Source: the human T2T-CHM13v2.0 reference genome, Homo sapiens. From it: a DNA stretch of 64,000 bases. Positions within the stretch are counted from its first letter, which is position 1, and every line of letters starts with the position of its first letter. The notes beneath the pieces are model-generated. The model was not told the origin of the DNA. It made no database searches and saw nothing but the letters and a program-made list of their open reading frames with translations. This document shows positions 1 to 11,513 of this stretch, piece after piece. The stretch lies in the NCBI RefSeq assembly GCF_009914755.1, contig NC_060926.1, one strand, 5' to 3'. The translations under genes were made by a program, and so were the position numbers.

Positions 1-1252
1 TAGAATAGGAAGCGGGAAAGTCATTTAATGTTTAAAAAAACACACACACACTTTGTTTTGGGGGAATGAAATACAGATATTTAGTGTGTGGCTCCTCCTC
101 TAAGAGGAATGATGCCAACCAGGGCAACTGGTGCTGGTTCTGGGACTAATTCCAAAGGTGGGCAGACCTCTCTCTTGAGCATCTCCTACAGCCTGGAAAT
201 TGGCTTTTGTTCTCTTCCTTCTTTCTCAGCTCTTCTCCCACTAGGTGTTATAGAGAGAGAATATGTTAGGTTGGTGCAGCTCCAAACACCCAGGGGCTTT
301 CAGGTGAGTGAAATAGCTAAGTCATCTACATTGACTTTTAAAGAAATGCAGGAGTTTCCCAGGAACTACATAAAGTTCCCAGAGCTACAGTTTCTGAGGA
401 AAGAAAAGTTCCCCAAGTGCTGAGGTGTTTAAAGAAGTTTTCCTAGAGGAGGACAGAATCCTTCAGAGACAAGAGCTAGTGTCAGAGAACTTTACAAGGC
501 TACTTTGGGATCTGGTATATCCTGACATTCAAAGAACACACACCTTACTTTTCTCTAAATTCCTATTTCAATGCCCTGATTGGCAGAGATAGCCTTGGAG
601 TATTCCTGGCCTCAAGAGATGGAACTTCCATGAGGAACTTCCACCTTAATTTCTATCTTCTGCACTGCCTCTCCCTAAAGGAGGAAGGGGCTAGCATTTC
701 TTGAGTATCTACAAAGTCCAGGCACAGAGTTGGCACATATGTACATGTTAATGGTGAATCCTCCCAAACACCTGTGAGATAGGCTGTGCTATGCTCATTT
801 TATAACTGAAGAATCTCTGGTCCTGTTAAGCAGCTTGCCCAAGGTCACACACCAGGTAAGTGGCTTTAAACCCTGAGCTTTAAACCTAAATCTTCTAGCT
901 GTAAATCTCATTGTTCTGCTACAACATAAGAAACTGTATTGATGTAGCGTTATTCTGTACTTTGTTTTATTAAGGTTCAAATTTCGTTGAGCATATAATT
1001 GTATACTATCATAACTACTGTCCAAATATATTTTGGATTCGAAACTTACATACCTGTAAGTGTCAAAAAAAAATTCTGTCAACTTACTCTGGCCTGGCAT
1101 CTGCACAATGACATTATTGCTGAACTCTGCAAAGAGTAAATCATAATTTATCCTGTGGTATTTCTTATAGCTCCCCTAAACTTTTTCTTACCCAATGCTA
1201 TTCCTGGACTCCTGTCCTGTTTTCTGGAAAAAAAAAAAAGCAACAGAATTAC

Positions 1253-1725
1253 CTGCTGAAATAGGATCATTCTGAAGTTAAGCATAATTAAGTGTTAACT
1301 AAGTGCAATAGTATGTCTTTCATCTTACAGTCCCAACATTGTTAATGATTTTCTTTTGGATTTTAAAGCCAGCTAATTAAAATACTGAAAGCAATGCAAC
1401 ATTGCATAAGTCAATTTCTTGTATAACATTTTGTCCTTGGTTTTGGCCTCTAACTCATATTGATCACCCTAAGCGTGAAAAAATCTGTTTGGGTTAAGCA
1501 AATATATGATCCATGCAGATATTTCTCTGAATGGCTGCCTTGAATCCAGGGTGCTCTTGGAGATATGCAGTACTTTCCAATTAGCACTGGGACACAGGTG
1601 TTGCACAAAAGCAAGGTCATTATATGGAAAGCTTATCGTGTGGGTCCCTTTGGTAAGTCTGCTTAAGAGCCTTCCTATTTGCTCCTACTGGCCTTCTCTT
1701 GGATAATGCATCTAACAAAAATTGC
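1253..1725 (-). pseudogene. Candidate decayed exon (3' part of putative minus-strand gene)
   Basis: Acceptor ...ctctctgctgagaatactgcag|GC at 1725 (phase 1, compatible with the exon ending at 3529). One frame has a 71-codon stop-free run 1684-1472 (EQIGRLLSRLTKGTHTISFPYNDLAFVQHLCPSANWKVLHISKSTLDSRQPFREISAWIIYLLNPNRFFHA) and continues GDQYELEAKTKDKMLYKKLTY after a TAG. Possible donor CAG|gtaatt at 1253. Confidence 0.4.
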
Positions 1726-2085
1726 CTGCAGTATTCTCAGCAGAGAGAGTGAGGCAAGATGCGATTACAGGGAGATAGGAGCCCAAGGACCAGGGTGCAG
1801 GTACAAGTCAGAACAGCCCAGGCACTGAGAATCACTTGATGTTGAGCTACCTATTCAACAAAATGTGTATTAAAATAGATATGCCTTTTTTATTTATTTC
1901 ATTAAAAACACCTATAACTGCCTACTATGCTTCAGTCACCATTCAAAATGCTCTAGAAACATTTACTTATTTAAAACCTGCACAACCCTTTGAGCCAGAC
2001 ACTAGTGTTACCCCTATTATATTAATTAGAAAATTGAGGCACAGAGAAGTTAAGAGACTTGCCCAAAGTCACGAGGATAGAAGTT

Positions 2086-2309
2086 AATCATCCTTTGGTT
2101 TCCCTGGGCCTCACTGGAAGAAGAAGAATTATCTTGGGCCGCACATAAAATGCGCTAACACTAACGATAGCTGATGAGCTAAAAAAAATAATAATAACAA
2201 CAAAAAGAATCTCATAATGTTTTAAGAAAGTTTATGAATTTGTGTTGGGCTGCATTCAAAGCCATTCTGGGCTGCATACAGCCCATGGGCCATGGGTTGG
2301 ACAAGCTTG
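2086..2309 (+). mobile_element. MER30-like hAT-Charlie DNA transposon fossil
   Basis: Matches remembered MER30 consensus (ttccctgggcc...ggaagaagaagaatt...acactaacgatagctgatgagct...gggttggacaagcttg terminal end). Confidence 0.8.
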
Positions 2310-2537
2310 GTCTAGACCACAGTAACCCTTTTTGATTTGCAAACATAAGTATTTTTCAGCTCCATAAAATTATGTACATAATATTGCTTTCAGGATTATC
2401 TCTGATTTATTACCGTTTATTTTTTTTCTTGGAACACCTATCTTTCTGGGATTGGGTATTTGCTTTCTGAGTCTTATATCTATTACCATTTTATCCATGT
2501 TTTCACTTTTTCTTTTTCTTCTGCATTTCAAAAAAAA

Positions 2538-2656
2538 TTTGAGACAAGGTCTCACTATGTTGCTCAGGATGATCTTGAACTCCTGGGTTCAAGTCATTCT
2601 CCCACTTGAGCTTCCCAAGTAGCTGGAATTACAGGCATATGTCACTGCACCTGGCC
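2538..2656 (-). mobile_element. Alu monomer (FLAM-like)
   Basis: gagacaaggtctcactatgttgctcagg...agctggaattacaggc...cacctggcc is a single Alu left-arm-type monomer in antisense. Confidence 0.8.
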
Positions 2657-3036
2657 TCAGATACATCTTTGATTTCTATTGTTTTCCTTTTGTTTTTAAA
2701 TTTTACTTCTTTTTTCTCCTTCCTTTGCAGATTTTTATTCAGACACTAGATTTTGATTTTATTTAACAACAGATTTAAATTCTGTTATTTCAGATAATTC
2801 CCTTTTATATCTACTTTGATTTCAACTTAGTCTTGACTTATGCACCTATTCCTTATATGGAGAATGTGCCATCTTAAATTTATTAAATGGGTCTTGCAGA
2901 GGGTTTCTAAAATTGAATTCCACTTTCTCTAGCAAATTATTTTCAGGGGCATCTCTTCTTCTGAGTATTCTAGGTAATTCTACTTTCTTTGAGGGATGAA
3001 GCAGAGGGAAGGTGTGTGGATTATCCTTCAAGCCAC

Positions 3037-3037
3037 C

Positions 3038-3068
<31 letters not shown>

Positions 3069-3078
3069 TGCACATACA
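3037..3078. repeat. (CATACA)n simple repeat
   Basis: Directly visible hexamer tandem repeat. Confidence 0.9.
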
Positions 3079-3528
3079 GTCCTCTTGAGTGCCAGCAAAT
3101 TCTAGAACTCATATATAGATATATCCAGAGCACAGATTGATGTGCACAGTCTTGAGTCCAAATACTGAGGCCTAACACAATTTGGTGTACCTCTGCTTGG
3201 CCCCACATGAGATGTTCTGCTGTTGGTGTCAGGACCCCGATACACTACCAAATTAGATTCAGTCTATAGCTTTTCTTTGAATACTATAGTATGTAAATGG
3301 ACACTAATTAAGCAATATAGTCCATTGTGCAAATGAAATGCTAGGGGAAAGAGAAATATGTTTCCTGAAACAAACAAACCTGGTCAGAGAACACGGAAGC
3401 ATCTGACGGATGCAGCGTGTCTTGGACAAAAGGTTCAAAAATTCCTTCTGATTTTTTTTTCTGTACTTAGAAAAACAAACAAAACCACCACCCATCAGAC
3501 CAATGATTGAACACTAGATGCATTCTAC

Positions 3529-3755
3529 CTTCCACAGTCCATGAGTTTAAGGCCAAATGATTAGATATTCCATTCTCCCCTCCAAAAAGGAAGCTTGATC
3601 CTTTTATTGTAGCAGATGGTACCATGCTCATCATCAGAGCAGTTCTCAATGTGAGAGAATTCATGCTGGCATTACATAAATCTCTGTCCCATTTCTGCTT
3701 TGGGGCAATCGGACATATGGGAAGTTTAGATTTTGAGGATGTATCTTGTTGAATT
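3529..3755 (-). pseudogene. Candidate exon of putative decayed minus-strand gene
   Basis: Acceptor atctttttgtgtgtag|A and donor GAAG|gtagaa; 227 nt, 75 codons without stop (IQQDTSSKSKLPICPIAPKQKWDRDLCNASMNSLTLRTALMMSMVPSATIKGSSFLFGGENGISNHLALNSWTVE), phase 2 to 1. Confidence 0.5.
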
Positions 3756-4854
3756 CTACACACAAAAAGATACCCTAATACCAAGCTAGCATGCTAGTCA
3801 GCTTATGATCTAGTAATAGAGAAAAGGCAGAAGCAAAGCCCTTTGGTCCTTCCTGACCAGTATGAGATGTCTAAGAAGAAGACTTCCTCAATCATACTGT
3901 GAACACTATTCTCTATTCTATCCTTGTGCTATTGAAAGCAGTAGCCTTAATGGTATGGAAATTCTTGGAGTGGCATCTCCAAAAACAAAAACCAATTTAG
4001 ACAAAAGAGGACAAAAAATGTCCAGATGGCTTTGCTGTGCTCACCATTGTACATGAGGATCTGCTGTCCACAGCAGCCAGAGTGCATCTGTTCAACATTT
4101 TATTCAATTACTTAATTAGAGTAATGTTCTCTCTTTAATTGTCACTGTTTTAATAAAACATAAAATCAAAGTAAAGTTGCTACTGGATATTTTCTGACAT
4201 GTAGAGTTTAAGGCATAGAAGAAAAGCTTCATCCACTATTTCACTGACTCTTGAACACATGTCCATACCCCTCTTTCCATGGACTCAGCACTCCCATCAG
4301 ACACAGAAAGCTTCTCTTTGAGCAGAGGAAAATTTGGGAGCAAACTTCTGATGTTATCCCCTCAAGCAGATCTATCATTATGTTGTTGAGGAGAGAAAGT
4401 TGGCAGCAAGGAACAGAATGATTGATCACATTGTTCTTTCTCTAACTTGCAGAAATTCATCTCTCATGCTTTGTAAGAGTTATTCATTTGGAAAAATAAG
4501 ATACAAATGAGCAAGCCTTGGAATGGAAATGCCCTGGTAGTAAGACAGACATCTCAAAAAACATCATCTACCTTTTTGGAGTTGGAACACTTTTCAGGGG
4601 CTATTCTGCATCTCTATGTGTAAATGCATTTATAAAGTTCTGCTGAGAGAGGATCTGTCCCCTTTACAAATTAAAAGTGATATATATATATTTTTTGACA
4701 GAGAGGTAAGCCTCATAAAATGGCAGGAACCCTCTGAATGAAAACAAAACAAACAAACAAAAGAAGGTGATACACCTACCATCTACCATAGATAGGCTAT
4801 GCACTCAGAATTTTGTAGACCCAGAGGACAGAAAGAAATCCCAAAGTCCAGTTA

Positions 4855-5010
4855 GCTCACATTAAAACCCCTTGGAATGCATTTTAAGAATATTGATCCT
4901 TTAACTCCACTTCACACAATTAAATCCAAATCTTGGGGAAGAGGCTGGATGTCAGTATTTTTTAAGTGCCCTTAGGAGATTCTAATGGGTTGCCAGGGTT
5001 GAGAACAACT
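4855..5010. mobile_element. MER5-family DNA transposon fragment
   Basis: Ends with ...ggagattctaatgggttgccagggttgagaacaact, typical of a MER5A/B terminus. Confidence 0.55.
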
Positions 5011-5407
5011 AGCCTCTTGCCAAATGAGGCACAGGAAGAATCAAGGGGAATTCAGATTAACCAATCAAAGGAAGATCAGCATAGGGGATGCAGATGGCAT
5101 ATATGGCATCTGAACTTTTTCTGTATTCAAGCTGGATGCAAGCTGCATGCATTAAAAATGAGCCATGACTGGACAGTGGATGAGAAGAAAAAAAAAAAAA
5201 AGGCCACTTTAGTGTTATTTGAAAGTGTATACAAGGCAATTTAAAGACTTCTGTCTTTGAATCAGAAGCTGTTTATGAGAAAGTTGTTCTAAAGGCCCAA
5301 AAGATCCAAAAAGTGCCATGCAGATGTGTGTGCCCTTGAAAGAATAAACATTTGTAATTTAGTAAAAGTCAAAACAAAACAGAACAAAACCACTAATTTT
5401 GCCTAGG

Positions 5408-5760
5408 TGCTATGGTTCAAATGTGTCCAAACCATAGACTCCATGTGTTGGAAACTTAGTCCCCAGTGCTGCAGTGTTGGAAGGTAGGGCCCAATGGGAG
5501 ATGATTATGTCAAGAAGGCTTCACCCTCATAAATAGATTAATGCTATTACAAAAATGGTTTGTGGGAGTGGGCTTGCTCTCTTGGGCTCTTGCCTTTCCA
5601 CCTTCTGCCATGTGATAACACAGAGAGGGCCCTCACCAGATATTGGCTCTTTGATCCTGGACTTCTCAGCTTCCAGAAATGTGAGTCAATAAATTTCTGT
5701 TCATTATAAATTACCCAGTCTCCAGTATTCTGTTGTATCAGCGCAAAAGAAACTGGGACA
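5408..5760 (+). mobile_element. MaLR solo LTR (MST-type)
   Basis: TG...CA ends: tgctatggttcaaatgtgtcc ... aataaatttctgttcattataaattacccagtctc ... aactgggaca. Confidence 0.8.
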
Positions 5761-6134
5761 TTGAGATAATTCTTAAACCTTTTCTGGATTTATATATTGA
5801 CTTTATATTATAACCATTTGTAATAAATAGTTCTATGATTTCAAGAAGGTATTTCAGTGGAAAAAAACATGAGTGGGTACCAGAAAAGTTGAAGCAGAAT
5901 GGTTAGCGTGGGAGATATACAAAGACACAAAGTCAGGGAAAATACACAGGGACACAGGGTAGTGGGGGAGGAAGGAATATTAGGAATTTATTTTTCCCTT
6001 TTACTGAATCTGGGAGGAAAGAGGCATGGCATCAAGGTTAAAAAATTGTTCTGTGCTCCTCAACACACATTTTAGAAACAGTGTATTTCTCCTAGGTCAA
6101 CCGCAAGCCAATTACTTGCCCAGCTAAGAGTTTA

Positions 6135-6656
6135 CAGTTTTGCTACCACAATACCATTCCCTGGAGACTTCAGGAATCTGGGTAGAGAGAAATCAAAGAG
6201 GTGTAGAATAAGTGGTTTAGAATTCAGACTCCCTGTATCAGGCTCCCTCCTGGGCTTCTGAGCCTGGGGTGCTGCTGCTGTGACTTGTAAACCTCCAGAT
6301 GGCTCCAGGCAGGCCCTACAACAGGGAATTCTGTCATCTGTCCAGGATGCCTACATGGGGCCAACTGCAATCTGTGTTTCAATTTGACCACTTGATCTTC
6401 TACATTGGCTTGTCTTCTGTTTGCACAAAATTTGATTGAGATTTGTTTTATTTTGACAAATACTGATTTGGAGCTTAAATTTAACAATGCCAGATAGAGC
6501 TCCCAAAGATTCTGTCTTCTGTGATTTACAGAAGACTTCATGGAAATTTAGCCCAGATATAAAGGTTATATACCAAGATGGATTTGAAGAGGACTGCATC
6601 ATTTATGTTCTACCGGAGAACTTGACATTAATATGCTTTCTGTATAGGATAGCAAT
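6135..6656 (-). pseudogene. Candidate large decayed exon of putative minus-strand gene
   Basis: After acceptor ctgttatagtag|ATT, one frame runs 174 codons with only 2 stops (6603-6605, 6351-6353): IAILYRKHINVKFSGRT*MMQSSSNPSWYITFISGLNFHEVFCKSQ...QIAVGPM*ASWTDDRIPCCRACLEPSGG...; donor uncertain. Confidence 0.35.
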
Positions 6657-7680
6657 CTACTATAACAGTGAAGATTCTTTTGTTTTGAGTATGGCTTAAA
6701 CTTTACTGCCTCATAGAATGGAATGAATGCTGGACATGGTGTTGTGAAGAACTGGATTCAAGTTCTACTTCTGCCACTGACTAAATAAATGTCTTCATTC
6801 AGCTTGTTTTTTTTTTCTTATCTTCTTGAATTTGACTTTCTAATTTGTAAAAGAGAGAAAACATCAATTACCTTGTCACCATGCTTAAAAGTTAATATGG
6901 AAAAAAACACAGTATATCAAGCTGAGAAAAATGCCTTGCACATAGTAGTTTGTCAATAAATGTTATCTATTGTTTTTATTATTCTTATTAGATAAGTAAA
7001 TAACTATTTCAGATGGTAATTATTAAAATGGTTTCTACAAATAGAAGACAGGCTGTAAAGCAACATCTCCATCATTTTTAAAGAGTTATTTGTTATGCAT
7101 GTTTTCTCCTTAACAAGCAGAAACAAGGGAGGAGAGCTGCTGAGAAGCAAACATCCTAGTGTTTTGCTAGTGGATATGGTGAGAAGCCCCCTCCTCTGAA
7201 AGAGGCCAACACTGATACTGAAGTAGATACTGGCTTATCCACTTACAGAAAATTCCCTATTGCTGCCATTACCACTACTTCCTGCTAGAAGAAGAACTGT
7301 TTTTGACATAGAACAATTTAATATGTGATTAAAATAAGACCACATTTTCATCAAGATTTCCAGCCAATTGAGCTAAAGAATGCTAGCACCTTGAGAGGAA
7401 ATCCCTGGAGAAAGAGTATTATGAAAATCTGGACTTCTGCTCTGAGTCTGTTAGACAAGGAGGGTTAGGAAAGAAGAGTGGTGATGGAACCTACCTAGTC
7501 CCCTGGGTCCTCATAGAAGCCACCTTGGCCTGCCAGACACAGCCAACTATGAGTGTGGATGAGGTAGGTGGGTGAGTGAGCCAAGGCTTAGGGGCAGAAG
7601 AGTCTATGGTCCCTTCTCTGGATTGAGCTTCTGCTGCAATCTGTAGCTGCTGTTGGAGCTCAGAGAAAGAGGCCAGTGAG

Positions 7681-8095
7681 TGTCAGGCCTCTGAGCCCAA
7701 GCTAAACCATCTTATCCCCTGTGACCTGCATGTACACATCCAGATGGCCGGTTCCTGCCTTAACTGATGACATTCCACCACAAAAGAAGTGAAAATGGCT
7801 GGTCCTCGCCTTAAGTGATGACATTATCTTGTGAAATTCCTTCTCCTGGCTCATCCTGGTTCAAAAACCTCCCCCACTGAGCACCTTGTGACCCCTACTC
7901 CTGCCCGCCAGAGAACAACCCCCCTTTGACTGTAATTTTCCCTTACCTACCCAAATCTTATAAAACAGCCCCACCCCTATCTCCCTTCACTGACTCTCTT
8001 TTCGGACTCAGCCCGCCTGCACCCAGGTGAAATAAACAGCCTTGTTGCTCACACAAGGCCTGTTTGGTGGTCTCTTCACACAGACGCAAATAAAA
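7681..8095 (+). mobile_element. Solo LTR7 (HERV-H LTR)
   Basis: Starts TGTCAGGCCTCTGAGCCCAAGCTAA, has the duplicated taa(c/g)tgatgacatt blocks, TATA (tataaaa) and AATAAA; perfect 5-bp TSD GTGAG at 7676-7680 and 8096-8100. Confidence 0.95.
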
Positions 8096-9107
8096 GTGAG
8101 CACCAGCAGATTGGGAATATTTCCCAAGGAATGAAGAGCAGAAGCTAAGCCTTGAAGTATGGGAGAGTGAGCATAATAGAAGGAAAAAAAAATGTATCTA
8201 ATACTTATGTAAATATAGACAATAAACACATACAGATAGTGACTCATTTATTAAATCTGTTGCCTCTCTGACACTTGGGGCAGGCTGTTTCTGTAATTTC
8301 ACCTATCTGAACCCTGCTAAGATGTTTCTGATCATTCAGGTTAAAAAAAAATGAAGAACTGGAGCCAAACACATGTCTTTATAAAGTGAAACGAGATGCA
8401 CTATCACCAAGCAACCATCAAATGCCAACATTTCTCTGTTCTTCCTTGTGTGTGCAGACACAGTGTTCCAGCCATGACAATTACAGTTGAAGCCACAACA
8501 CAGTTCTTCTAAGAGAAGCTGCCAATACACAACCTCCACTGAAAGGAAAGCCCCAGGTGGCTAAGTTTTATATTCTATGACCCCGTACTTTCCAGTCCTA
8601 GCTGATTGGACCAAGATAGATCTTTGAAATCTAACCAAAGAAACTGAGTTCATAGTAAAATGAGTTATTTGTAATGTGGTCTGTTGTGAAAAGATGAAGC
8701 AGGGACTATTATGTTTTCTCCTTCAGAAAAGTGAACTGCTATATCTGGAAGAATGAGACAGAAGTAGAGGCTAAATTGATGGGATGCAATGAGATAGAGT
8801 TTTATCATATAAAAAGGAAAGTTATAAGTAAGCAGAATCTAAGAGCAAACAAGGTCTACGAAGCACAGAAAAATGAATATAGGATCAAGAATGTGAATAA
8901 GCAAGTCTCTAACAAGTGGAGATTTGAACAGGCATCATGAAGTAGCTGGATAGATTAAGAACACAACATCCCATCTGTAGCCCCACTCTATCAAGACCAG
9001 AGTGTTCAGTTTGTTCTAGTTTTCTGTGTGCACATATTCCCATGAAAATGATCAAATAACATGTGATGACTTAAGTGAGTCCCTGTTCCTTGTATCCAAA
9101 GACAGCC

Positions 9108-9169
9108 TGTGTTATTTAGGGTTCTCCAGAGAAATCAAATCAATAGGATGAATAGGTATGTAGATAGAT

Positions 9170-9215
<46 letters not shown>

Positions 9216-9615
9216 CAGATAGGTAGATAGATACATACACACATACAAATTACAATGAATTGGCTCATACAATTATGGAGGGAGAGAAGTCCCAAGATCT
9301 TCAGATGGCAAGCTAGAGAACCAGGAGATTTCATGATACGGTTCAAGCCCAAAGGCAAGAGAAGATTGATGTTCCAGCTCAAGCAGTCAGGCTGAACAAT
9401 TTCCTCTTACTCAATCTTTTAGTTCTATTCATTTATTCAATTGACTGGATGAGGCACACCCACATTAGGAAGGACAATCCTCTTTCCTAACTCTATCCAT
9501 TCAAACGTAAATCTCATCCCAATATACCCTCATAGGCACACCCAGAAAAATGTTTGATCTAATGTCTGAGCACCCAGTGGCCTAGTCGAGTTGATACATA
9601 AAATTAACTATCACA
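9108..9615. mobile_element. MLT2-type (ERVL) solo LTR
   Basis: tgtgttatttagggttctccagagaa ... gaattggctcatacaattatggag ... cataaaattaactatcaca, characteristic MLT2 ends with internal microsatellite. Confidence 0.8.
9161..9233. repeat. (GATA)n tetranucleotide STR
   Basis: 11 perfect GATA units at 9170-9213 plus degenerate flanks. Confidence 0.95.
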
Positions 9616-10742
9616 AGGCCTAACTGAACCACTTCACCTGCTCAATAATTCTGCTACTGGAGAATGACTCACTTGAACTGCCAGTGACTTTTCCAGGTGT
9701 TCTGTTAAATTCACGGGAACCATTCTGGCTGATTGGAGGCTGTGCTGCCTTAGGTAGAAAGTGCCTTCAACTTAGATACAGGGCACCTGGACTAATTAAT
9801 CTTCTTTCACCTCATCCTCTGGTACCCTCTACCCTTCAATTTTCCTCCTGTCTATGTGTACACATTTGGAAACTTCCCTGATACCCATCAGAACTGCTGA
9901 AGAAAAGGGAGAAGGAAAAAACAGAATATATTCCACTTGGTTATAAGCTCTCAGGATGCAGATTTAAGTTGTTACTCAAATTCATGTTCATTACCATGAG
10001 AGTAATGCAAGAAGAATAAGCTGATTATCTACTTACCGTAGTCCTTTTTTTGTTTGTTTGCTTGTTTGTTTTTTTTTGCTGAATTAGTTTGTTTTCACAC
10101 TTTTAGCTGCTTTTTTAGGAAAAGTGGCCATTATCAAACCAATCTGGATTATTTTATCTGTTATCATGATCTCTTAGAAATGAAAGAGCCACTAGAGACA
10201 CAAACTGTGTTCCACAGCACAGTAGTTACAATAAATATTAGTGGGTACTACGAGAGGATTCTCTTTTTTAAATATGTCTAAGAGGTTGCAATGCACTGAA
10301 GGATATAAGGGCTTTAGATGTTCTACAGTAAAGAAACCTGTGAAACTTAGCTTAATGTAGTACTCCCCAAGCTTAATCTTATGTGATTAAAGTAGCTTGT
10401 TTTCATGGCACTTTTTAAGGTCCTGCAGAATAGGGTCCACATGACATTGGTTTAGAAAACACTGTCATCTGACGTGTTCTTATTAAAATATCTGGCCCTA
10501 TAACCTGCCCAATTCAAAAATAGCCTATGCAACATCAATGACCAAAGGATATTCAGTTGAGACTCTGCTTAACCATATTCCATGACTAGAAAAATATTTA
10601 TTAGCTCAGGGGACAGCTGGTTCCATGTTTGGAGGGCAAGTGGTGATAAAAGCATAAAAATTGGAGTTAGGAGGCCTGGGCTCTGAAATCCATGGGCCAT
10701 GAGCCTTTGTCCTATCAGCCTTGGAATCTTTCTGTGTACAAT

Positions 10743-11492
10743 TGAGACACAGGACTAGCTGGATTTCCTAGGCCGACTAAGAATCCCTAAGCCTAGCTGG
10801 GAAGGTGACCACATCCACCTTTAAACACGGGGTTTACAACTTAGCTCACACCCAGCCAATCAGAGAGCTCACTAAAATGCTAATTAGGCAAAAACAGGAG
10901 GTAAAGAAATAGCCAATCATCTATTGCCTGAGAGCACAGCGGGAGGGACAAGGATTGGGATATAAACCCAGGCATTCGAGCTGGCAACGGCAACCCCCTT
11001 TGGGTCTCCTCCCTTTGCATAGGAGCTCTGTTTTCACTCTATTAAGTCTTGCAACTGCACTCTTCTGGTCCGTGTTTCTTACCGCTTGAGCTGAGCTTTC
11101 CCTCACTGTCCACCACTGCTGTTTTGCCACCGTCACAGGCCCACCGCTGACTTCCATTCTTCTGGATCTAGCAGGCTGTCCACTGTGCTCCTGATCCAGC
11201 GAGGCGCCCATTGCCGCTCCCGATTGGGCTAAAGGCTTGCCATTGTTCCTGCATGGCTACGTGCCTGGGTTCATCCTAATCAAGCCGAACACTAGTCACT
11301 GGGTTCCACGGTTCTCTTCCATGACCCACGACTTCTAATAGAACTATAACACTCACCTCATGGCCCAAGATTCCATTCCTTGGAATCCATGAGGCCAAGA
11401 ACCCCAGGTCAGAGAACACGAGGCTTGCCACCATCTTGGAAGTGGCCCCACCACCATCTTGGGAGCTCTGGGAGCAAGGACCCCCGGTAACA
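10743..11492 (+). promoter_or_regulatory. HERV-W 5' LTR (LTR17)
   Basis: tgagacacaggactagctggatttcctagg...cccccggtaaca; CCAAT 10856-10860, TATAAA 10961-10966. Confidence 0.95.
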
Positions 11493-11495
11493 TTT

Positions 11496-11513
11496 TGGCG
11501 ACCACAAAGGGAC
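11496..11513 (+). promoter_or_regulatory. Primer-binding site, tRNA-Arg type
   Basis: TGGCGACCACAAAGGGAC, 3 nt after the LTR; 17/18 match to the complement of the 3' end of a human tRNA-Arg(TCG) as I remember it (TGGCGACCACGAAGGGAC). Confidence 0.75.

Noticed and set aside
88-423. 111-aa plus-strand ORF
   Set aside because: GTG start, no recognisable motif or splice context; consistent with chance.
1021-1037. Inverted repeat TCCAAA-TATAT-TTTGGA
   Set aside because: A 6-bp stem in AT-rich DNA is expected by chance.
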